Positions 26,301-36,742 of a stretch of 64,000 nt of DNA are shown here, one piece after another. The notes below the pieces were generated by a model. That model saw nothing but the letters and a program-made list of their open reading frames with translations, did not search any database and was not told where the DNA came from. The number at the start of each line of letters is the position of its first letter. Within the stretch, counting starts at the first letter, position 1. The stretch is taken from assembly GCF_018977255.1 (NCBI RefSeq), contig NW_024704743.1:59584001-59648000 (forward strand), read 5' to 3'. This DNA is from Callorhinchus milii (Eukaryota). Position numbers and translations under genes: made by a program.

Positions 26301-28501
26301 ATCTGTGAAACTCTTTGCACTCATTTCAGAAATTGGAAAGTTCTGCAAAAACCTCAGAATAATAAAACTTGCGTGTCTCTTGTTCAGTGTTTGAAATATT
26401 TTGCTACTTCAAATGCTAAAGATGTTGCAGCATCTAGTGCGTAAATATTTTAAAGACATTGAAAAATAACTAGCTGAATAATGATGCTTTTAAAATTGGA
26501 ATATTGCTCATGTAAAAAAAAAAGTTTTCATTATATCCAAGTGTTTGCAATTCTCCCAGATTTGATGTCAGAAATATTTAATCTTTTTGGTCCTGGGATG
26601 AAATGAATAAAGATATAGATATTACACCCATAAACCCGGAGCAATAGGTTTTATTCAGTTTCTTGATGCTGAGTTAATTAGCATTTTTCACTGCAGGTTT
26701 AATGTAAAAAAATTAAATTGGAATTTCACATTTCTAAAAATGCTTCGCTAACCTCTAATTTTTGAATAAATGTGGAACAATTTGACCTGTAAACTCAGGA
26801 ACGTACTGTTGTGTCATAATTTACCTAAATCCCCATGAACTTTTCATTGTGAATGAATCTTTTTCTGAAATTCCAATGTATTCTTTTTGGTAACATGATC
26901 TGGCATTACTTTCAAAGTTTGGTTTAAGGCTATCTTCTGGCAATGTAAAGATTTTAACGAGGGAACGACTGGCATGAAAGGATAATTATAGAGGATGAAG
27001 GACACTGTAAAGGCTCAGTCTGTATAACTGTTTAATTTTAATGCAAGAATTTAACTAAAAGTTTTATTTAGGTCTGCCGCGTGGAAAATTCACATTGATC
27101 ACATAATACATTCAGATAATGGCTGCAAAGCTTCTCAATGTTTAATGCTATTTATCAATATGAGTATGTTACAAAAAAATGCATTATTGCTTTTAATGAA
27201 TTTGACAACTGTTCTATCAGAGTATGAATCACATCTGTATCTGTGGCAAACAACCTTTCGGTAGCACTGCCCTTTTTTTTAACAAGAAATGTTTTCTCTG
27301 GTTAAAAGTACTAATCAATGATGTAATTGGTAATATTATTATTGGGGACTAATAAACAGCCATTTCGACATGGACTGTTTGTTAAGGTAAGGGGTGTGTG
27401 TCTCAAGACTCTGCTTTGATGCAATCTATTTTTGGAGCTGAGTTCCCACAGGTTTCCATGATATTTCCTGTTTTTGCTGTGCTGCCACCCAAAAAGGGTG
27501 GCTGCATATCCCCATTCCTTCCTTGGTGCTGCTTGCAATAAGAGTAACCATGGAGGATGCAGGCTACTTACTACTGAAGACTATTTGAGGTGCGCAACAT
27601 TAATAGTTTGTTTGTTAAATCAAAGGAGTACATGACTTGTAGGTACCTATTGAATGATCCTAGCAGAATGTCTGCAGGTAGGGTTAACATTTAAATCCAA
27701 GTTTATGCAAAGAGCTCTCAAGTACGAAAGTGCGTAGGTGCCAGAAAACTATTAAATCTCTCCCTAAAGGATTTCCATTTGGATGTTTGTCAGTGAAGCC
27801 CTTTCATTTACACCATAATTAATCCATGTCTCTACTAAACATCACCTTTTCAGTCAGTGGCATATTTCCCAGTAACTTCTTAAGCAGTGTGTCTGTTTTC
27901 TTCTTGTACAATTTAAAATACTTATCCCTTGGCACAAAAATGTTCAAAGAGTGAATCTAAAAGGCAAATAATACCATTCTTTGTGCTGCATTTCCTTTAT
28001 ATTTTTTCCAACATTTTTTCTTATTCATAAGAACTAACATTCCATTTAAAAAATATCCTTTAGAGAGACCGCCAGCTTTTGCAAATCAATTACTAGTTTG
28101 TTTTATCTGAGACAAAAGTGTTCTGAGATGCTACCCCACCTGAAGGGCTCCATATCAATGCAAGTTGTTGTTGTTGTGACTTGACCTAAAGTTGTATTTT
28201 AGTGTGTTGTCCATCAGAAAGGCTGAAATTGAAAGTGGTCAATTTAATGAGAATGTGAAGAAAATCTATGAATGGGATATGGTGAATTAGGCATATGACT
28301 TTCGGTTTTAGTGGACCCAGTAAATACTGTAATTTACAGAAATGTATTCTGTGAATGAGTGAATACACAAACTGCTGTGTTTTTATAACCTAAAATATGA
28401 ATTTACTATGTTTTTACACCCCCCCCACCACAAGCACACATGTAGCTACTTTATTTATTCATGCATATGTGGGACACTCTTAATGATGGTGATTGGTTTC
28501 T

Positions 28502-29410
28502 AAGTGCCTGACTGACAAAGCAAGAAAATAACATCACTGATTGCATTTGACATAGACAGAATGGTAAAATGGGCAGACACATGGCAGATGAGTTTCAATG
28601 TAGAGAAATGCGAAGTAATGCATTTTGGTAGAAAGAATGAGGGGAGGCAGTACAGGAGGTAATACAATCTTAAAGGGGGTAAAAGAACAGAGAGACCTAG
28701 GGGTGCAGGTAAATGAATCCTTGAAGGTGGCAGGACAGGTAGATAAAGCTGTAAAAAGGGCATATGAGATACTAGGCTTTATAAATAGGGGCATAGAGTA
28801 CAAGAGTCAGGAGGTTATGATTAACCCATATAAAACACTGTTTAGACCTCAGCTAGAATACTGCGCCCAGTTCTGGGCACCACAGTATAGGAAGGATGTT
28901 AAGGCCTTGGAAAGAGTGCAGAGGAGATTTACGAGGATGGTACCAGGAATGAGGGACCTTGATTATGAGGAAAGGCTAGAGAGGCCGGGATTATTCTCAT
29001 TGGAGCAGAGAAGGTTACGAGGAGACTTAATAGAGGTCTTCAAAATCATGAGGGGATTTGATAGTTTAGAAAGGGAAAGACTGTTTCCACTGGTGGGTGT
29101 GTCGGTGACTCGAGGTCACAGATTCAAAATAGTATCTAAAAGAAGCAGAGGGGAGGTGAGAAGAGAGTTTTTCACGCAGCGAGTTGTTCGAATCTGGAAC
29201 AGATTGCCTGAAAGGGTGGTCGAGGCCGATTCAATAACTACTTTTAAAAACACGGTGGACGGGTATTTGAGGAGGACGAGTTTGCAGTGTTATGGGGAAA
29301 GGGCTGGGGAGTGGGATTGACATTAATTGTTCTATTCAAAGAGCCGGCACAAACTCGATGGGCCGAATGGCTTCTTTTTGTGCTGTACAATTTTATGATT
29401 CTATGATTTT
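28502..29410 (+). mobile_element. CR1 LINE, 5'-truncated, relatively young
   Basis: ORF 28625-29320 (RDLGV...RPQLEYCAQFWAP...LERVQRRFTRM...RGDLIEVFKI...FFTQRVVRIWNRLP) is the CR1 ORF2 C-terminus. Ends in an ATTCTATG-type repeat. Confidence 0.93.
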
Positions 29411-30859
29411 TCAAAGCTTGTGTTTTCCATTCCTCACCCCAGTTATGCATGTCATTCTAAGCGCAGACATTTCTCTTGTCTGGAATGGTGTGTACACTCT
29501 TATCGGAGGGTTGTACCTGCAAACATAACTCTGTAAAGCAATCCGCTCAGGTTGGGGACTCAGAATGTGTGTTGAGGTACTAAACAATCTAATAATAATC
29601 TAAATAATCTAAACGCCTAATACTAATCCCTCCAAAAAAAGAAAACAAAAATAATTTGGTCATTTTCAATCCACGACTGTTTGTGGGACATTGCTGTGCG
29701 CAATTGGCTGCCGCGTTCACCCACAAATATAATCAAATGCAAGGATTATTATTATTATAAACAGGTAAAACCATATAGTTTGCCATTATGAGCACTGGCT
29801 AGCAACCTGCCTATTGATTTTTTCCAACTAGGACCACTCTGTTCATTTGGCTCATAGGTATCTCCATGTGTTACAAGCCATGCTGACTGGTCTATGGTCA
29901 GTGCCTTGGAGTACTGCAAACCTACCTGACTCAGGAACTAAACTGCCGAGACAACCATAGAAGAATGACAGTGGCTGATTTATGGAGAGTTGCTTGGTTT
30001 CTGAAGTGGGTTAACTGTTGTCTAAAAGCTAATACTGCCGTGTGTAGGTGTGAGTGACTCAGCGGCTCCTTAGTAACAATATTTCAGGAGACTTTTGTTC
30101 TTCAGTGGCTCGGAATGTAATTTCTGACTGTTAGAACAAATAAAACACTGTTGATCAAACTGAAATGTTTCTCCTGAACAGGTAATTACTACCAATTTTC
30201 AATCTGCAGACAAGACCTTACTCAGTGCAAATCATGTTCTTATATGCCTGAGTGATCATTACAATAGCTAAATCCATTCATTTGGATATTTGTAAGACAT
30301 TGCTTAGCGCAATTGGCCTGCCACGTTTGCCCACAAATACAAAGTTACTTCACTTCATAGTAAAATCCTGTAAAGTACTTTAAGACATCCTCCCAGCGTG
30401 AGAGGCACTATATAGTAAATGCAAGGATTATTATTTGCACCCATCTAGCGCTGAACATTTGAGTTGAATCGGGAGCGGAGTTAGGAGAGCGCGGGCCGGA
30501 GCCGAGGCCTAGCTGTGTATAAAAGCACAGCCAGGTGAGGAGCCACTCAATCGGGAGTGGAGGTAGGAGAGCGCAGCGGGAGAAGTGACGGGTTGGCGCG
30601 ATTCACAAAGTGATGTCGGCACGACATCACAGTTTAAATAAAAAATAAAAAATAAAAATTAAAAAAAAACCCAGCGGCAATAACATTGGCCTGGCCCCCG
30701 TCACTGCCATCCCGGCCATGACCTGGGAGGCTGAGCCTGAGGGCTGATGCTGTCTCACTATCGCTCGCTCCCAGTCTCTGCATGCGCATTTTGGCTGCCG
30801 CCCCAACCTGAGCCTCCCCCTCCACTCCAAACGTCTTGACAAGGCAGATGCCATACTCT

Positions 30860-31658
30860 TTGGCTCTCGTCAAAGTCTAAAATCTCACGGCTCTCACCTC
30901 CTCCACCTACCCGACCTTCCCCTAAAACTCTCTGAACCCATAGCAACCTAGGGATCAGGTTCAACCCCCAATTATCCTTCCTCCCCCACATCTGGTCCCT
31001 CACCAGCACCGCTTTCTTCCACCTCTGACGCATCACCCATCTCCGCCAATACCTCACTCCAAAAGCCACTGAAACCCTGGTCCAAGCCTTTGTCACCTCT
31101 TGGCTGGACTACTCTTAACGCCCTCCTCACCGGTCTCCCATCCACTACCATTCATAAAATCCAAGTAATTGCAAACTCTACCGCCAGCATTCTCACCCGC
31201 ACGAAACTCCGCTCCCCGATCACCCCAGTCCTTGCCAGACTGCACTGACTGCCTATTCCAGAGAGGATCGACTTCAAGATCCTCACCCTTGTATTCAAGT
31301 CCCTGCACTCCTCTGCACCCCCCTACCTCTCTGACCTCCTCTCTCCTCAAAACAGTACACGTTGCCTTTGTTCCTCGTGGTCTGGCCTCCTTGACCCCCG
31401 AGTCCTCCGCTCCACCCTCAGCGGCCGTGCCTTCAGCCATTATGCCCCGAGGCTCTGGAACTCCCTTCCTCACTCCCTTCGTCTCGCCCCCTCCCTTCCT
31501 ATTTTCAGGTCTCTGCTGAAGACCTTTCTTTTCGACCGCGCCTTTGGTCACCTTCCTCCCCCTCTCCCTGGCTCGGTCCCGGGATCCGTTACTGTAAAGC
31601 GCTCTGAGACGTCGTCCAGCATGGAGGGCGCTATATAAATCCAAGTTGTCGTTGTTGC
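30860..31658 (+). mobile_element. L2 LINE 3' fragment
   Basis: NLGIRF.PQLSFLPHI, ETLVQAFVTS.LDYS and LARLH.LP frames. Tail GCGCTATATAAATCCAAG(TTG)n. Confidence 0.88.
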
Positions 31659-31659
31659 C

Positions 31660-31950
31660 ACATATGGTTCAGTTGGTAACACTCCTACCACTGAGTCAGA
31701 AGATTGTGGGTTCAAGCCCCATGTTGGTACACGTATAGTCTAAGCTGACATCCCAATGAAGTGCAGGAGGTGAGGTCCTTCGGATGTGTTGTTAAACCAA
31801 GGCGCTGTCTGCCTGTTCGAAAAGAGAAGGGAGTTTCTCCCTGTGTGATGCCAACAATCCCCTAAATAAATTGGTCATTCCCTTCATGGCTGTTTGTGGG
31901 ACACTGCTGTGTTCAAATTGACTGCCACATTCATCCACACAAATACAAAC
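31660..31950 (+). mobile_element. Deu-domain tRNA SINE (older family) with head
   Basis: TGGTTCAGTTGGTAACACTC...GTGGGTTCAAGCCCC head followed by the Deu core. Confidence 0.75.
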
Positions 31951-32759
31951 TTATGAGAATCCTCTGGGATCCACTGTGTGTGTTGCTTAAGCACAGATTG
32001 GGATATTATATGGTTAATATTTAGTGAATTCTTTCTGGATTCCTTAATAAGGAACCTGAGTTGGGGTAACTAGAAGTATATCACAATTCCAAGGGGCAAT
32101 TCTACTCATAACTAACTATGATTATGAATGGTCATTTTATTAGGGGATTGTTGGCCAAGACACTTGGGAAAACGCCTTTCTCTTTTCGAGTAGTGATATG
32201 GGATCTTTAAGGTCCATCTGAACAGGCAGAGGGGACTTTGGGCTAATATCCCGAAGTTTAGCAACTCCCATAATGGGACAATGAGCTCACTCGCTTCTGC
32301 AACCCTATCGTCCCAGTTGCTCCCTCTGCTCAGTCTAACAGCCTACTTCATGTCACGCATGTTACCTTCCCCACCTTTGGACGAGCTTTCAGCCATTCTG
32401 CCCTGCTCTCTGGTGCTCTATCCCAGACTCTGTCCACCTCAACCCCTCCCTCTCCAGCTTTAAAAACCCGCCATAAAACCTACATTTTCTACTGAGCTTT
32501 CGGTTGGTCAACTGTGTGAAGTGCTTTGGGAAGTTCTCTTAATGTGAAAGATACAAAATAAATGTAAAATGTGAATTGTTGGACATATTTATGCAGGAAA
32601 GTGGAATTACATTAGTTTGGCTCATATGGAGATCACCACTAGCATAGACTCTGTGGCCAAATAGCTGGTTTCTGTGCTACAATATTTTCTGATTCTGTTC
32701 ACTACAACAATTTGCATTGGTATAGCACCCTTCAGGTGGAGCAGCGTTTCTGAGTACTT

Positions 32760-33392
32760 AACAACAACAACAACAAGATTCCATTTATAAAGCGCCTTTC
32801 ACGTCAGGAGGACGTCCCAAGGCGCTGCACAGTTGGTTCATGACCCGAGCATTGGGGGAAATGGTCAGGGTGAGGGGAGGAAGGGAGGGAGCGAGGAGGG
32901 GGAAATGGTCAGGGTGAGGGGAGGGAAGGGAGGGAGCGAGGAGCGGGGAAATGGTCAGGGTGAGGGGAGGGAAGGGAGGGAGCGAGGAGGGGGAAGAGAG
33001 TCGAGAGGGGAGCTGAAGGCACAGTCAAAGAGAAAGGTTTTGAGACCGGCCTTGAAGGAGGAAAGGGAGGAAGCAAGGCGAAGGCACTGGGGGATGGAGT
33101 TCCAGAGCCTAGGGGCTGAGAGGCTGAAGGCCCGACCACCGATGGTAGGGCGGTTGGGGCGGGGGACGTGGAGCAGACCGGAGCCAGAGGAACGGAGGGT
33201 ACGGGCAGGTAGGTAGGGGGATAGTAGGTCAGAGAGGTAGGAGGGAGCGAGGCCGTGAATGGCCTTGTAGGTGAGGATGAGGATCTTGAATTCGATCCTC
33301 TGGGGGATGGGGAGCCAGTGGAGGCGAGCGAGGGTGGGAGTGATGTGGTCCCGAAGCCTGGTGCGGGACAGTACACGAGCTGCAGAGTCTTA
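32760..33392 (-). mobile_element. Young L2 LINE 3' fragment
   Basis: (CAA)n tail then GATTCCATTTATAAAGCGCCTTTCACGTCAGGAGGACGTCCCAAGGCGC. CpG-rich. A further L2 piece lies at ~33480-33670. Confidence 0.88.
32854..32995 (+). repeat. ~45-bp G-rich minisatellite, 3 copies
   Basis: GGGGAAATGGTCAGGGTGAGGGGAGGGAAGGGAGGGAGCGAGGA repeated from 32854, 32898 and 32943. Confidence 0.92.
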
Positions 33393-36087
33393 ACAGTGGC
33401 AGAGTCTGATGTCGAGCTGGGGGGGAAGGAGGAGGTGACTGTAAGCACGCTTAAAGAGGAAGGTCTTCAGTTGTGAATTAGAAGCCGGGGGGGAGGGGGC
33501 AAGACAGAGGAGTGATATGGATCCTGGTGAGGATGGTGTGATGAGAGTATGGAGTTTAGTGTGAGTGAGAATTCAGGTTGCAGAGCTCTGAATCAGTTGT
33601 AGTTTGTGGGTAGTGGACCTGGGGAGATCAGTGAGGAGGGCATTGGAGAAGTCGAGGAGGGAGGTAACAAAGCTGTAGACATTACGTTAATTACACTAAA
33701 AGTTTATTCTGCTAATTTTGGATTGGTGAAACAAAGTATAGGTTTTTATTCATCTGCATAACCTGTTTTTTAAAAAAAGGTTTTACACATAAGTGATGAT
33801 TATTAAGGTGAAAAGGAAAGTGATTCCTCTTGACCAGAGAAAGGGAGTGTGTCAAGAGAGGGGCTAGTTGCATACCTCCTAACAGTCCTGGGCTTCACGG
33901 GACTCGCCCCACGTCCCAGCAATACTGCTCCTCCAACAACCATACCGCACAACAAAGCTTCCCGTGACAACCATATCCTACAACATTTCCTGTGATAATC
34001 CATGTGAATATAAGAGGGGGGAACGGGGTGGGGAGGGGGAGATATCCAGACTGATGGACAGGGCTGCGGACTAATATCTGAATCAAGCCACCAATCGGAA
34101 TGCACGGAGGGGAGAACAAGAACTGTGAGATAACATGAAAGGTACTTTATGAAATCAAATTGTGCTGTTGACCCTCATACTCTTGTTCTAACTATTATCT
34201 TATTGTATCTATTACCCTTTTTTTACAATGTACAGGATGTTCAGTTCTTTGTGTCGTCTTAGTAAACTATGGGGAGGTGGACATTTTTTTCTTAGCTTAG
34301 GGAGGCTTGCTGTAACAACTTTTGAGAACCCCTGATTTAGACCATGTTGCAAGTTAATTAACCGAGGCTGTCAAAAGGTGCACAGGTGGTTTCTGAACTA
34401 TAAATAATAATCCTTGCATTTGATATAGTGCCTTTTCATGTATTCTAGACATCTCAAAGTGCTTCACTTGGACAGGTAGGAGTCCTGGGTAGGAGATAGC
34501 AGAATAAGCTGTGTGGTTATGTGTTGAGACTCAGACAGGTTACAGAGTGCAGTGAAGGCAGTAAAAAAGTATTTTGATGGTGTTCTACTTTCAGAGGATA
34601 TAATTTAACTAACATTAAAATAATATAAATTGCAGGATGACTTTTTCATGAGGTTGATGCATTGTGAAACGGTGAGCTTCACTGTGGTGAGACAGCTTAC
34701 GCACAACTGCCTCTGTTAGAATGTCATAAGGCTGGAAGAATTAATTGCTTAGATACTCCTTGTATCCCAAAGGCAATCAAGCAAAAATTCCACAATATTT
34801 GTCCATCTCCCCTAGTAAATCCTGGTATTCTTCCTTCCACGGATCATAATCTGTCTCTCCTCCCTCCCCCATGCCCTGCAGCACACAAACCAGAGTATTT
34901 GTTAATCTTGGTTTGTATCTCTTTCTATATCCTCCAACTGCCCTCAACTGGACACTGCAGTCTAATTTGTAGTATTCACAAATTGTGGCAAAAATTTATT
35001 CTAGCTTGGAAAATTCACTTTTTACACCAGCTGTTTTCACAAATTTCACTCATGAGAAGTTGCAATTAATTCAGTGAATCCTTCTTCCCGGTGCAGTGAA
35101 TTGGTTCCGGTATCTCAAAATAAACCCCATTGCTTGGAAATCCGTTCCATAAATCTGTTACACTGTGAGGGATATTATTTATTTTAATCTCTAACCTTGG
35201 CTGGAGGCTTTTTCATTTTCAAACCATGTCCTGTAGTTCTACGCTTAAGGTGTGACAAATAGTCTGCTTACATTGACATCATCTTGCCTTCCAATGAGAC
35301 TTTGCATCATAACCAGGGTACAGAATTTTAAATCTTCATTAAGGACGGCAGTGGCTTTGAACCTTTTGTTGGGAACCACCACCAATGCCCCTGCAGCAAC
35401 TCAGCAGTGGAGAAAAATTCAGCCGATTGAATCCTAAAGCTGGAGTATGACTGTACCAGCCAGGCTCCCGCGTGCCAACCCAGGCCAGATTCTGGATAGT
35501 CTCAGCGCCTTGGGACGTCCACCCGATGTGAATGGCGCATTACAAATGTAATTTTGTTGTTGTTGTAATTAATGTTGTGGAAATGGGTTACATATTGCAA
35601 CTGGAAACTGACACGAAACGTTCATCCCATCGGTTTAGACTGGCTTTGAATTAAATTTGCTCAATTTCCCACCCAGCACCCACATGCCTTAAACCTAAGT
35701 AAATGAGAATAATCCTTCATTGTAACTTTAAAAAGAAAAGCACAAAATGCTCTTGACACTTTAAATAGGAGCCCCTGATGATATGTTACCCAGTTAAACT
35801 ACATTTACTGCAGGCTACTGATTTACAATCTTTGTGCCTTGTCAGATTGCCAAAAGAAATGAAAGTGAATCTCTGAATCTGTTAACCTGTTCTGTTCGTC
35901 TCCTGTCTACTAAATGTAGGTACAGTATATAGTATGTACACTAGAACAATTGTTTTTGTGAGATTACAATACCCTTGATATTTTTTGATGAAGTTACACT
36001 TAAGGAAATAGGAATTACTGAGGTTTGTGGGATAAGTGCTATTTCTTGCTCCTCAAGTGAAATGCTTTCCCCTCTTCCCTTTTATAG

Positions 36088-36207
36088 CAACTGGCGATGC
36101 CTCACAGTGACGAATGGGCCCGTTTTGCTCGGACCCTGGTGGAAATCCGGGCGAACCGTGCAGATGCTGAGGAGGAAACTGGAGTAGAGGTGATTGCACA
36201 GCTGTAA
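36088..36207 (+). CDS. DYNC1I1: DYNC1I1 terminal coding exon (~exon 17), [39 protein letters not shown]
   Basis: Polypyrimidine tract plus tAG at 36086-36087, TAA at 36205-36207. [15 protein letters not shown] is the recognisable I1 C-terminus. Confidence 0.95.
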   Translation, partial: QLAMPHSDEWARFARTLVEIRANRADAEEETGVEVIAQL

Positions 36208-36736
36208 GACATTATCTACACCCGAGTTGCCAGGCCAACAATGCCATACCAAGATATGCCAGTGTTAAAGTGCCATTTATGCTGAAAAGCTGCTGTTGCT
36301 AGTGTTACCATTTCACATTTCTCTAATATATGGGAAACAATGTAAGGTCCACCTTGACTTCAGGATTTACAGTTCAAAACCAGTACGGCGTTACAGAACT
36401 ATCTGCTGGATTCTGTGATATTGAATTGAAATCTGAAACACTGTAGTTGCATATTTGCTGATGCCTTTTACCTAGTTAGTAGCTGTATTTAATGACTGGA
36501 AGTTCATAGTTAAACTTGTTTGCATGCATTTATGCCATAGTTCTATTAAACCCATATGAGGTCAGATATGATGATGTGCAGATGTGGTGAGCTACACTGT
36601 ACAAAACTGAGCCAAGAACTTCAGATGTGGTGGTTTCACACTGGTAACTTACATTATGAATGGTTGTACTGTATGAGCATTGCTGCTCCATATTTATTCA
36701 ACTACTGCATGGAACATACTTATTAGAGAGTGTTAA

Positions 36737-36742
36737 AATAAA
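36737..36742 (+). terminator. Candidate polyadenylation signal of DYNC1I1 (3' UTR ~0.55 kb)
   Basis: First AATAAA after the stop, with U/GU-rich sequence downstream. An ATTAAA alternative lies at 36545. Confidence 0.6.

Noticed and set aside
28625..29320. Longest ORF (231 aa) as a host or domesticated gene
   Set aside because: It is the C-terminal part of CR1 ORF2, frameshifted from its upstream part and followed by the CR1 tail.
29419..29442. ~20-nt similarity (TTCC.TTCCTCACCCCAGTT) to the SLC25A13 exon at 46585-46608
   Set aside because: Too short, and it lies at the start of the unclassified repeat, so probably chance.
31093..31644. Long ORFs at 6413, 14085, 31093, 32833 and 32909
   Set aside because: Antisense or alternate frames of GC-rich L2 fragments.
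32854..32995. CRISPR array or other prokaryotic system
   Set aside because: The repeats have no unique spacers and the window is intron-rich vertebrate DNA.
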